Virus record (IMG/VR): IMGVR_UViG_3300016476_000292
Location: 3,063-67,062 of that record
Strand: one strand, 5' to 3'
Length of the DNA stretch: 64,000 bases
Origin: a virus
Lineage: Duplodnaviria > Caudoviricetes
How positions within the stretch are numbered: the first letter of the stretch is position 1; each line of letters opens with the position of its first letter. The position numbers were made by a program, and so were the translations under genes. Below are positions 1-9,703 of this stretch, in pieces. Under the pieces are notes generated by a model that was not told the origin of the DNA, did no database searches, and saw only the letters and a list, made by a program, of their open reading frames with translations.

Positions 1-237
1 AACACAGCCATCGACTGCTACAGCCGGCAGCCAATCAGCAAAGACACCCTGCTGACCAAGATGGCCGAGCGGTACGGATTACAGTACGAGACCACTGGCT
101 ATCAAGCTGGAATGCCTACCACTGGCATCAAGGAAAAGTACTACTCCACCAACACGGCGGCGTACGCACTAGGATATCGGCCCACCTTGACCTCGCTGGA
201 GACCATCTTCATCGAAGCAGACAAGATCCTGAAATAG
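1..237 (+). CDS. 3' end of a probable NAD-dependent epimerase/dehydratase (partial)
   Basis: Frame 1 is open from the window start to TAG 235-237 (NTAIDCYSRQPISKDTLL...YYSTNTAAYALGYRPTLTSLETIF). It resembles extended-SDR C-termini. Not in the ORF track (no start). Confidence 0.45.
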   Translation, partial: NTAIDCYSRQPISKDTLLTKMAERYGLQYETTGYQAGMPTTGIKEKYYSTNTAAYALGYRPTLTSLETIFIEADKILK

Positions 238-238
238 C

Positions 239-445
239 ATGTGGTGCCCATCTTGTGACAAGCCTACGCAGGTGACAGACACCCGCAAGTACCGGGACAT
301 TACCGGCACGTTTGACTTTGTTCACCGCCAGCGAGTCTGCCGGCATTGTGACCACAAGTTCCTGTCTATCGAGATACCGCAGGAAGTATGGGAGAAGCAC
401 TACAAACTACCAAAGAAATATAGACAAGATGAGCAAGACAGTTAA
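239..445 (+). CDS. NrdR N-terminal-like zinc-ribbon protein
   Basis: MWCPSC...VTDTR...HRQRVCRHCDHKFLSIE matches the NrdR zinc-ribbon pattern; no ATP-cone. Confidence 0.6.
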   Translation: MWCPSCDKPTQVTDTRKYRDITGTFDFVHRQRVCRHCDHKFLSIEIPQEVWEKHYKLPKKYRQDEQDS

Positions 446-716
446 GCAGTACATGAACGAAGTAGCGGAGATTGGTTGCGTGCTCTGCCACCATCTTGGC
501 TACGGTCATAGCCCTGCTCACCTGCACCATCCTCGCGACGCGGCTGGAGGAGCACAGAGGGCTTCTGACTGGCTGGTGATTCCACTCTGCCCGGAGCACC
601 ATCAGGGACAGAGCGGATACCATGGGTTAGGAAGCAAGGGGTTCTATACACGGTACAAGCTCACAGAGTGGGACTTGATGGCCATGACTATTGAGAGGCT
701 GCATAACTCTTCTTGA
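429..716 (+). CDS. Ref-like (recombination enhancement) HNH-family nuclease
   Basis: GCVLC...AHLHH...VIPLCPEHH...GYH motif; ATG at 429 within track ORF 312..716. Confidence 0.65.
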   Translation: MSKTVKQYMNEVAEIGCVLCHHLGYGHSPAHLHHPRDAAGGAQRASDWLVIPLCPEHHQGQSGYHGLGSKGFYTRYKLTEWDLMAMTIERLHNSS

Positions 717-3700
717 CCTCTATCCGAGCCTCTTCCATCTGACGGGCGAGCTCCCCGATCAACACCTTCATCCGGTCGATCTCTTCCTTCTTCTGAGCGC
801 CGGTCATGTTCTCATCGTTACGGATAGCCTGGATGGCTTGCCGCATCTTGGCCATATCCTTGGATGCATTGTCGTAGAACTTGGCCATGGCAATCTTGTC
901 GCCCTTTTCCTTCAGGATCTCCTGCACCTTGTCTGCTTGACCCAGCTGGGCGAAGTGCCGCATGTCAGCGTAAGCCTGGCTGATCTCCTTGTTGTTCTCG
1001 TAGAAGGCCGTGACGTACTTGGACTGCGTGGCCGGCAGAGATTTGATGAAGCCAGCAGATAGAGTTTCAGTCCAGTTATTGTCAGGATAAGCAGACTTGG
1101 AAAACGGCATCACAGCATAGTGTGACAGCCATGAAGCAGTTCCCCCAAGCCAGCCGAAGTATCCCTTGATTGAATAGTCTGCTTGCACTGGAGACAGTTC
1201 CGCAGATTCTGGCAAAAATACATTGGCAACTTTTGATAAAGCAATCGCCAGCGGACTGGTTTTCTCGGCCACACGCTGCTCTTTCGATAACCTTTCCATG
1301 CCGGCAGTCTCAATCGGCGCACCGGTAAAGCTGTCCTTGTTGGCGTACAGATCCACCAGAGGTTTGAACATTTGTGGCATAGGGTTCAAGGCAAACGTAT
1401 CCATAAACATACGGCTCAAGCTGTCCTTGAAGACTTTGCCCTCTGCGCCTTTGTCAAAAATTTGTTCAGCCACACGCTCTGCCATGGTTCCAAAAGCGCC
1501 AAGCTCAAACGGTTTTGGTAAGCGCAAAGCTTCATCCATTCCAGGAATCTTAACCCACCAGAAGTTATCCCGATCCCACTGCTCGCGCTTCTTAAACTCG
1601 TCGTCGTCCTTGTACGCCATGTACAACGCAAGAGATGCCATGGCAGTGGCAACCATAACAATAGAAAATTGCTGTGCTTTTTGTTTGTCTGTCAGCTCTA
1701 TTGGTTTGCCAGTGGCTGTGTTGTAAATAACGCGGCTTGTAGGAATGATGCCGTCCCTGCCCAACTTGTACAAACCCTGCACACGAGCATTCAGGAATGG
1801 AACGACGTTGGTTAAAAATCTAAACGCAGGCCAAGATCCCTGCATGGAAAAATCAAGCAGATCGCGCGCGTAGAAAGATGCCTCAAGGTGGCTGTAACCC
1901 TTTTCTTTTAGCTGAGTGTACAGCGCCATCCTGTTTGCAGCCTCAGATTTGTTGCCCCATTCTTGATATTTGTCCCAGAAATAAACCAGTGCTTTCTTAA
2001 CTTTTTCTGGCGTATCTAAAATAGTATCTGGATTAACGCCTTTGTCTATCAGCCTCTTTACCATTTTTGCTTGGTCGCCCTCATACATGGAACCAAAGTT
2101 AAAAATGGCACCGCCAGCCAACGCAGAAATATGTGCAGGATTGTTCTTGTCTGAGTCAGCCCAACCTTTGACAACATTACCAAAAGGATCAAGCTTCAAA
2201 TTTGATGTTGCCATAGCAGCCCAAGAATCTCGGAAAAGGTTTCGCACCTTAAATCCCGGAGACAGCGTGACGCCAAATTGCAGCATGTTCTTGAAGTTTT
2301 TTGCAATGTCGATGAACTTGGACTTCGGGCCCATGTAGCCGATCGACATGATGGACTCAAGCAGCATAGGATCTTTAATATCAAAGTAGGCTTGCTTGCC
2401 GTCAATCATAGTCTTGACCAAGCCAGTTCCTTCACTTGATGTGTACTCTGGCTTCAAAGATCCATCGCCAATCATTTCACCTGTCTTGGAGCTATAAACT
2501 TTTCCGTTCCTACCATCATCATCAAGCCGCCACTCATAAGCTTTTTTCAAATTTGGAAATGCACCACCTATATCCATGGTCGCACGAATGGTCGCATTAG
2601 CTGCTTCGTTCTTCATGGAAGCAGACAGGATGTGACTCCAATTCCGCAGCGTGTTTTCCATCAGATCGCCAAACGGTTTTTCTCCACCTTTCAGCGCTTT
2701 CGAGAAGTATTGGTTTACCAGCCCAGTATTCGTTGCCGCAGCTTGTACATCGCTGTTCTCGTCCAGCATTTTGTAGAACGGTATGTAATTGATGTCGCGA
2801 GCCAGAGTTTCAAAAGCTTGCTGATCAATAATCCCTTGCTCTAGCGCAACCTTTAATACCGAACGGTTCAGCTTGTTCATATCCTTCTGAACTTGCCTGT
2901 AAACCTCCAACCGAGACTTGTCGCCAATCTTTCCTGAAGACAACTGGTCTCGTCGCGCAACAATCTTTGGATTGATTGAAGGGAATTTGATGCTTTTCTT
3001 AAGATTGCCAATCTCTACACGCTTGGAAGAGATTGCTTTATCAACATCACTTCTGTAGTTATCCAAACTTTTCCGCAAAGACTTGAACGCATCTCGTTTT
3101 TTGGCAGAAGAAAGGCTGTCATCATCAAGAATCTTCTTGGATTCTTTGTCAAATGCTTTCCCGGCCTCTGTCTTTAGAGCGCCCATCCTCTTGATTTCTT
3201 GTTCAGCCGCAGATATTTCATCGCGAGCGCGGTTAGATTTTTCGGTAATCGCCGCATCACGTTGTAGCGCCACCCAGATCTGATAGCGGTCAACCTCTGC
3301 GCCTACCGGCTCCAGCACCTTCAACAGCCCTTTTGTATCCTTGGCGATATCAAGAGCGCCGTCAGTTAGCTTGACCTCACCGTTGAACAGTATGCCCTCC
3401 AGCGCACCGTCGATAGTCTTCGACATGCGGGCTTTCATGTACGCTTCTTGGCTGATGTCTTTGATAGACCGGTACTGGTCAGCTATACCCTGCGCCAACT
3501 TCATCCAAAAGTCGTCACGCATCCCGTCAATCTTGTCGATGATGGTCTTGCGTTCAGGGGCAAAGACTGGCTCCAAGTCTGCATACAGATCGTCAGACAC
3601 GCCCTCGAACTGGCTCTTGGGGAGCTTGCGCTTTTGCAGAGCTTTCTTGGCCTTTTCCTTGACCGCCTCAACTTTGCTAGGCTTGCCAGCTTGCTCGAAC

Positions 3701-6700
3701 AGCGCACCTTGCACTGGAGCTTCATTCGGCCTAACACCAAAGCTGTACTGCTTGGAGATGATCCTGTCTCCAACCGTGTTTACATCCTCGTCAAGGATAG
3801 ACTCCGTAGTCTTGACCAGTTGATCTAACGCGGTCAGGTATGGCTTGGTAACGTTCAGTATCTTGCGGATCAACTCCACAAGCTTATCCATGATGGTCTG
3901 TTCGCCAACCTTAATCTCTGACAGGAACTCCTGCATGTCACGGTCTGCGATCCCCCATGCCACCAGCTCGTCAGGCCCGGTCAAAGGATTGATCTCGCCT
4001 GCGTATACCTTCTCCATGAACGGAGTAAGACGGCCAGCCCGCACCTCTGTGTTGAAGTGTGTAACAACCTTGTTGAACAGGTCGCGCAGTTCTTTCACTA
4101 TTGGATCATCGCCCTTGAGCACGTTGATCTGCCCAACAGTTGCGGCGTGCAGCAGCTCATGAAGTACCGTGATGTACCGAGTGCCAGGCGGGTAGCCCCT
4201 CTGATTGTCAACGACAGCAGCACCATTCAAGGTAATCTTGATGGATGCCATCTTCTGCTCACCACGCTTACCAAAGTCGTACTCGGTCAGCCCGCGAGCA
4301 GCAGACATTTTCAACGGACGGCGGTCACCAGACGTAACCTCAAAGTCCAACTTGATGCCGCGCTTGGCCATGCCATTCAAGCGGTTGGATACTTTCTGGG
4401 CTATAGCCTTGGCAAACTGATTGGGCGCATTATCGACAGCCCACTGTGCCGTTTGCAGCATAGTCCTGCCGGTCAGCTCTTTCTCTATACGAGCGTGTTC
4501 TGGATCTTTGTTGATGACTAATTTGGCCTGCTCGGAAACTTGTTTTGTTTTTGGTGGGTTGCTTTTATCTATAACAACAACCGCTGGAATATTTTGTTTT
4601 CCTAGTGCGTCAAGAGCATCAATCCTATGAGCGCCCTCTAAAATATAGTTGCCATCTCCAGAATAAACAACAATTAAAGGATTTATTTCCCCCGACTGAG
4701 ATATTTGTTCTGCTAGATTTCTAGTCCTTTGATCAAGGGCATCTAAATTTCCAGTTGCCGGCCCTGGCTCACCAAGATCAGATATTGGCACTGATCTAAT
4801 ACCAGGAAGAACCGTGTAATCTTCTAAAGAAGCTTGAATTGAAGAAAGATTTGGAACATCTTTTCTTACCGTAAGTCCATCAACTACTTCGCCGGGCAAA
4901 ACTCTTGGTAAGGATTTTTCAAAATTTTCTTTATTTTGTTCCGCAGCACGACCGCGCCCCTCTTCCTTCAAAAGATCCTGATCAGGAAAATATTCTTCCT
5001 CTACTGGTTCTTCTGGGATAGTTTCGAAAACTCTCGCAGGTGGCTCAACACCTCCAGCCTCTGCTTCGGGGAAAGCTGCTTTAGTATCCTCATAAATTCT
5101 TCCCTGCTCATCGACTGCTTCTTGGACAAGGCTGTTGAATGTTTTTGCATCGACGTACTCCCGGTAGGCGTCTTCTAAGTCGGACAGCTTTACATTGTTT
5201 AGGCGCAACTGTTCTTGTGTGTTGTAGGTAAGATAGTTGCCGGAGCGGAGCATGTCTTTGATATGCTCTTCCGCCGCAAGATCACGGTCTAACGCCGCAG
5301 ACGGATCCATCTGCATTTCCATTTCCACAGAACCCTTGCGGAGTTCTGGCGGCAGCCATGCGTCCAAGTCGCCATCAGCCACAAGATCTGCTATGGCTGC
5401 GCCACGCTTACCCTTAGTGGCACGCAGACTAAAGAACCGCTTCGGCTCGCCTAATTCTGACAATTCTTCTGGAGCAAGACGGCCTTTCACTTTTGACCAA
5501 AGGCTGTCGCCCGGCTGCCCTTTACGCAGCTGCTCTGCTTCCTTTTGGACGGTGGCGATATCTTTTTCTACTTCTTGTATTTCAGGCGGTGCCGGGGGCT
5601 TTTCCTCAGATACATATTCACCTTTCGGCTCGGCCTCTGCGCGAGCGCGAAGAGCGTCAATTTGCTCGGCAGGTGGTAACGTTTCCACGGCCGGAGCAGT
5701 TGGTTGATGGGCAATTGGCGCAGCTACGGCAGCCGTTTCCAGCGGCTTTTCTTCTGCAACAGCAGGCGCTTCAGGTCGGCGCACAGCCTCTTCCGCAGGT
5801 GGTAACGTTTCCACCTGTTGTCTACGTGATAACCCGGCAGCAGTACCAAGACCCATACCACCAACAGCAGCCATACCCATGGTCTCGCCCAGACCTTCTG
5901 TCAGGCTGCGCGATGGATCCACCTGCTGCATGGCAAAGTTCTGGGCTACCTTGCCGCCGCCTTCCTCGATCATCTCGCTGACGGTCTCACCAGCACCGCC
6001 TTTGACTGCACCCATCAAGCGACTGCCCTTGCCTGGAACTTTGGCCATGGCTTCTTCAATCGCACGACCGCCAGGCAGTCTCTGTGCCAGCGCAGATATC
6101 ACCGTTGCCGCAGCACCGGTATAGCGGGCATAACCCAGCGCACGACCAGCAGCCTCTTCCTCCGGCACACCCCTAGACACCATCTCTTTGTACAGCTGCT
6201 CGTACGCCCCAGCGCCGATGTCTGCACCCTGCTGAACCGCACCAGTGCCGATCGCGCCACGCACAGCCCCGACAGTCATGCCGGCAGCAGACAGGCCGCG
6301 AGCTACAGCAAAACCTGGGATGAGATTGGGAACTTGTTCTGCGATGAAGTTGGACAGCAGCGCCGGATCCTTGATGGTCTCCATGAACGCCGTGACGCCA
6401 GCTTTGACCTGACCCTCTTTGCCAGCCTCCGCAATCTTGGCCGCACGCTCTGCCTCGCGACGCTTCAGCTCTTCCGACTTCATGGCCTCGCCGGTTTCAC
6501 GCAGCTCGCGCCCAACCTTGGTCAAACCAGTGTCAGAGAAGTCGCCCGTAGCCAGTCCGTACAGTTGGCCGGGAAGCTGGGCAAGCGCACCCACACCAGA
6601 TACGCCGCCGGCAAGAATATCTTTACCAGCTTCCAGCATCGTGCGTTCTTTGGGCGGCGCAGCAGGAGCCTCTGCCGGCTGGGCAGCCATAGCGGAACGA

Positions 6701-6789
6701 AGAGCATCAGCAAGAGCCTGAGCGGCCTGCTTGTCTCCCGCGTTGTGTGCGTTTAGGAAGGCGCGTTCAAGCTCTTGTACCGTTGCCAT
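688..6789 (-). CDS. Large polyvalent internal-virion (ejection) protein: ParB/Srx-like domain, HExxH metallopeptidase-like motif, LPD38-like C-terminus
   Basis: 2033 aa at the end of the structural operon; INPLIVVYSGDGNYILEGAHRIDAL (ParB/Srx), VLHELLHAAT, and C-terminal LDFSMQG...VPFLNARVQGL...WDRDNFWW...RLPKPFE typical of LPD38. Confidence 0.75.
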   Translation of the reverse strand: MATVQELERAFLNAHNAGDKQAAQALADALRSAMAAQPAEAPAAPPKERTMLEAGKDILAGGVSGVGALAQLPGQLYGLATGDFSDTGLTKVGRELRETGEAMKSEELKRREAERAAKIAEAGKEGQVKAGVTAFMETIKDPALLSNFIAEQVPNLIPGFAVARGLSAAGMTVGAVRGAIGTGAVQQGADIGAGAYEQLYKEMVSRGVPEEEAAGRALGYARYTGAAATVISALAQRLPGGRAIEEAMAKVPGKGSRLMGAVKGGAGETVSEMIEEGGGKVAQNFAMQQVDPSRSLTEGLGETMGMAAVGGMGLGTAAGLSRRQQVETLPPAEEAVRRPEAPAVAEEKPLETAAVAAPIAHQPTAPAVETLPPAEQIDALRARAEAEPKGEYVSEEKPPAPPEIQEVEKDIATVQKEAEQLRKGQPGDSLWSKVKGRLAPEELSELGEPKRFFSLRATKGKRGAAIADLVADGDLDAWLPPELRKGSVEMEMQMDPSAALDRDLAAEEHIKDMLRSGNYLTYNTQEQLRLNNVKLSDLEDAYREYVDAKTFNSLVQEAVDEQGRIYEDTKAAFPEAEAGGVEPPARVFETIPEEPVEEEYFPDQDLLKEEGRGRAAEQNKENFEKSLPRVLPGEVVDGLTVRKDVPNLSSIQASLEDYTVLPGIRSVPISDLGEPGPATGNLDALDQRTRNLAEQISQSGEINPLIVVYSGDGNYILEGAHRIDALDALGKQNIPAVVVIDKSNPPKTKQVSEQAKLVINKDPEHARIEKELTGRTMLQTAQWAVDNAPNQFAKAIAQKVSNRLNGMAKRGIKLDFEVTSGDRRPLKMSAARGLTEYDFGKRGEQKMASIKITLNGAAVVDNQRGYPPGTRYITVLHELLHAATVGQINVLKGDDPIVKELRDLFNKVVTHFNTEVRAGRLTPFMEKVYAGEINPLTGPDELVAWGIADRDMQEFLSEIKVGEQTIMDKLVELIRKILNVTKPYLTALDQLVKTTESILDEDVNTVGDRIISKQYSFGVRPNEAPVQGALFEQAGKPSKVEAVKEKAKKALQKRKLPKSQFEGVSDDLYADLEPVFAPERKTIIDKIDGMRDDFWMKLAQGIADQYRSIKDISQEAYMKARMSKTIDGALEGILFNGEVKLTDGALDIAKDTKGLLKVLEPVGAEVDRYQIWVALQRDAAITEKSNRARDEISAAEQEIKRMGALKTEAGKAFDKESKKILDDDSLSSAKKRDAFKSLRKSLDNYRSDVDKAISSKRVEIGNLKKSIKFPSINPKIVARRDQLSSGKIGDKSRLEVYRQVQKDMNKLNRSVLKVALEQGIIDQQAFETLARDINYIPFYKMLDENSDVQAAATNTGLVNQYFSKALKGGEKPFGDLMENTLRNWSHILSASMKNEAANATIRATMDIGGAFPNLKKAYEWRLDDDGRNGKVYSSKTGEMIGDGSLKPEYTSSEGTGLVKTMIDGKQAYFDIKDPMLLESIMSIGYMGPKSKFIDIAKNFKNMLQFGVTLSPGFKVRNLFRDSWAAMATSNLKLDPFGNVVKGWADSDKNNPAHISALAGGAIFNFGSMYEGDQAKMVKRLIDKGVNPDTILDTPEKVKKALVYFWDKYQEWGNKSEAANRMALYTQLKEKGYSHLEASFYARDLLDFSMQGSWPAFRFLTNVVPFLNARVQGLYKLGRDGIIPTSRVIYNTATGKPIELTDKQKAQQFSIVMVATAMASLALYMAYKDDDEFKKREQWDRDNFWWVKIPGMDEALRLPKPFELGAFGTMAERVAEQIFDKGAEGKVFKDSLSRMFMDTFALNPMPQMFKPLVDLYANKDSFTGAPIETAGMERLSKEQRVAEKTSPLAIALSKVANVFLPESAELSPVQADYSIKGYFGWLGGTASWLSHYAVMPFSKSAYPDNNWTETLSAGFIKSLPATQSKYVTAFYENNKEISQAYADMRHFAQLGQADKVQEILKEKGDKIAMAKFYDNASKDMAKMRQAIQAIRNDENMTGAQKKEEIDRMKVLIGELARQMEEARIEVKKSYAASQ

Positions 6790-8169
6790 TTATCGTCCGC
6801 CGTACTGTTGCAGTGCTTTCTGTGCTTCTGGACTGAGGTTGAATGTGGTGGGTGGCTTTGCGCCAGCCGCTCCGCTCGGCAAGGAAAATGCTCCGCCCCT
6901 CGCCGGATCACTCTGCATTAACTGTATCGCAGCTGCTCTTTTCTCTTCCAGACTCTTGCCCGCAAAAGACATATCCGCAGCAACAATCTTCATCGCCTCT
7001 TCAAAACTCGTGATGTTCTGCGGCTTACCTGCGCCTTTGGCTCGCTCCCAATCTCTCATGTACTGCTCTGCTTTTTCTGGCCCTTGTTTTGCAAGTATTT
7101 GATGATAAGTCGCCAAAACTTGCTGACCCTCAGTTGGCCTATTAGCGTACCTCTCATGAATTCTTGCAACAGCCAACTGATACTCGCCGCTCATCTTCGC
7201 AACTTCCAGAGCTTTCTTGGCGTTCTCGTCGATACCGTACTTCGTGATGAACAGATCGGATGCCTTCTCTGCCGCCTTGTTGTACTGATTATTCTGATGA
7301 ACTTGCAGGTCTTCAATCTGTTTTTGCTTGGCATCAACTCGCGCAAGAGATTTTGCTGACATATCGCGCTTGGCACGATCTTCGGCAAACATAAGCTCTC
7401 GCTCTGCCTTCTTAATATCTTTTTCCGTGTCGCGAATTTCACGCAAAGCTCCGCTGTACTGCATGACAGCTTGGCGACCAACATCAGACAGAGCTTGGAA
7501 TTCCTGACCCTTGCGAGCACCCATCAAGCCAAGCCCAGCCATAAGCAATGCTTCTCCTTTAGCTTCCTCGCGGCGACCCTTAAGTTCTTCACGACGGCCA
7601 GCCTCTTCTGCTCGCATCCGCTTGTACATCTCAGTATCTACGCCTGCTTCTTGCAAAGCCTCCCGCTCTTTGCCCATTTCGGTCTTGACGTCGGTTGGCT
7701 TGGGTATATCGTACGGTCGGAACCGGAAGCCACCAGGCAGTGTCAAACCATCGTCCTGTTGCAGTGTACCCAGAGCAGCGTTGAGAGCATCATTTGCCCG
7801 CACCATATCTTCTGGCTTGCCGCCGTCCGCAAACGCAACTATCCCACCGCCTGCCATGTTCTGTAGGCCGCTTGGCAATCCTGCCACACCCGCACTTGGC
7901 TCCGGCGCACCCGGCGCTCCCATCACACCCTGCGGGATCTGACCCTGTGCTGTAGTCGGCGCTGCCAAGACATCCTCTGCCACCGTGGTCTGTGGAGGCT
8001 GCATCGCCGACTTGGCTATGCGGTCAATCATCATGCCCGCCATCAACGCCCGCTGCGGATCAATCAGACCCATCTTCACCATACGTGCCAGATCAGGTTT
8101 GCTGTACTTTGTGGCCAGCTCGCGGATCTCGTCTATCCGCATCCCGAAGTCATCGCGCTTCATGATCAA
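6790..8169 (-). CDS. Putative internal virion protein, coiled-coil rich
   Basis: 459-aa ORF, MAGGGIVAFADGG motif, located among ejection-protein genes. Confidence 0.6.
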   Translation of the reverse strand: MIMKRDDFGMRIDEIRELATKYSKPDLARMVKMGLIDPQRALMAGMMIDRIAKSAMQPPQTTVAEDVLAAPTTAQGQIPQGVMGAPGAPEPSAGVAGLPSGLQNMAGGGIVAFADGGKPEDMVRANDALNAALGTLQQDDGLTLPGGFRFRPYDIPKPTDVKTEMGKEREALQEAGVDTEMYKRMRAEEAGRREELKGRREEAKGEALLMAGLGLMGARKGQEFQALSDVGRQAVMQYSGALREIRDTEKDIKKAERELMFAEDRAKRDMSAKSLARVDAKQKQIEDLQVHQNNQYNKAAEKASDLFITKYGIDENAKKALEVAKMSGEYQLAVARIHERYANRPTEGQQVLATYHQILAKQGPEKAEQYMRDWERAKGAGKPQNITSFEEAMKIVAADMSFAGKSLEEKRAAAIQLMQSDPARGGAFSLPSGAAGAKPPTTFNLSPEAQKALQQYGGR

Positions 8170-9263
8170 CCTTTCGAGAGATGTTCAACTGCCAGATCTG
8201 CCAGGCCGCCGCCAGCTAACTTGCTTGCGCCGTACAGCGCAGTACCCATACCCGCTAACTGTGCTGCCGTGGACGGAGGTGCTTGGTAGATAGCCTGCGT
8301 GGTCTGCTGTGGCACACCCTTGAGCATTTCTTGCATGAACGCAAGTTGCTGGTACGGATACTGTTTCTGCTGGAGAAAGTCTTCGTACTGGCGGGTAAGC
8401 TGTGCTTGCTGAAGTGCCTGACGCTGCTGACCTGCCGCTTGCAAGGCGTTGATGATCGCCTGCTGCTGCTGCATCTGTTCCTGCCCAAGCGCACCCAGCC
8501 CCTGTGCCGCCTGTAGCTGTGTCTGCAACCCCTGCATGCCAAGCCCTGCGCCGTACTGACGGGACTGTTCTGCCTGTTGCTGGGCCGCCAGCGCGCGTTG
8601 CGCTTCCGTGCCATATAGGTTCTGAGCCTGCTCGTATGCCGCCTGCAAGCCAGCTTTCTGGATGTCGCCCTTCTGCTGCGCCAGATTCCTAGCCGCCTCC
8701 GCTTCAAGGATTGCCTGACGGGATCCGCCGTACGCGCCACGACCAACAGCCTGAGCTTTCAATCCCTGTGCTGCGATGTCTGCCTGACGCTGCGCTTCCC
8801 GCTGCTGGATGTCGATGACGTTCTGGGCGTATGGCGACATGTACAGGCCGGCCAAACCTGGAGTGGTAAAGCTTGCTGTGCCGAACTGCTGCGGTTGGTA
8901 CTGGACATCGCCAGCTTTCAAACCTGCTGAAGTAGCAAACTGTGCGGCCGTGCCAAGCTGCTGCGACGGAGCAAGGTTGGCAACGGCCTGCTGGGCGGTA
9001 AGCTGGAACGGGTCAAAACCAGCAATTCGCTCACCCTTGTACGCCGTGTACGGGCTGGATGCCTCTGCCATAGCCCGTTGGGCAGTCTCCATGACCATCG
9101 GCTTGAACTCTGCCGGGTAGGACAGGTTGGTAACAGTCTGCGAGCTTGGCTGACTGCCGCCGCCGCTGTCATACAGACGGATCTTGCCGCCTTCTGCCTT
9201 GAACGCACGCAGATCGCCCGGCACGAAGCCAGCTTCCATCATTCCAAAAGATATACGGCTCAT
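8166..9263 (-). CDS. Putative internal virion / DNA-transfer protein (Gln/Ala-rich)
   Basis: 365 aa, Q/A-rich amphipathic helices, overlaps the next gene by 4 nt. Confidence 0.6.
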   Translation of the reverse strand: MSRISFGMMEAGFVPGDLRAFKAEGGKIRLYDSGGGSQPSSQTVTNLSYPAEFKPMVMETAQRAMAEASSPYTAYKGERIAGFDPFQLTAQQAVANLAPSQQLGTAAQFATSAGLKAGDVQYQPQQFGTASFTTPGLAGLYMSPYAQNVIDIQQREAQRQADIAAQGLKAQAVGRGAYGGSRQAILEAEAARNLAQQKGDIQKAGLQAAYEQAQNLYGTEAQRALAAQQQAEQSRQYGAGLGMQGLQTQLQAAQGLGALGQEQMQQQQAIINALQAAGQQRQALQQAQLTRQYEDFLQQKQYPYQQLAFMQEMLKGVPQQTTQAIYQAPPSTAAQLAGMGTALYGASKLAGGGLADLAVEHLSKG

Positions 9264-9271
9264 GGTAGCCC

Positions 9272-9703
9272 CTACTCAAAAAATCTTTGGTACATCACGC
9301 TCTGTGCTGTGTACCCGTAACGTTCGGCGTGCTTCTTCCAGCCCGGCCTGCCTACAAACTCTATGCCCCTGCAACCCACTTGGCGCGCGTACTGCTCGGC
9401 GTACTGCTGCATTAGATCCTCAATCTCAGCCATGTAGTTAGGCGTCATAGCTGCATACTGGATTACCAGCATCTTGCACTGCGGATACTGCTTGACCTCT
9501 GTGACAAAGTGTCCGTGCGCTTCTTGCGTCTCTTCGTCAAACACTACCCACAAAGCCATCTCGCCGGAAAACAGAAACCGCAGAATATCGTCCACGGTTG
9601 CCCTGCCCCTGCTTCGCTCCGCCGACTCCATCAGGTATGGCAAGATTGCCGGTATCGTTCCAGCTATCCTGCCGTACGGGATCAGCGAGATGTTTAGCTT
9701 CAT
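9272..9703 (-). CDS. GNAT-fold-like virion assembly protein (positional analogue of T7 gp13)
   Basis: 143 aa, LWVVFD...VTEVKQYPQCKMLVI...GIEFVGRPGW; sits between tail and internal-protein genes. Confidence 0.5.
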   Translation of the reverse strand: MKLNISLIPYGRIAGTIPAILPYLMESAERSRGRATVDDILRFLFSGEMALWVVFDEETQEAHGHFVTEVKQYPQCKMLVIQYAAMTPNYMAEIEDLMQQYAEQYARQVGCRGIEFVGRPGWKKHAERYGYTAQSVMYQRFFE

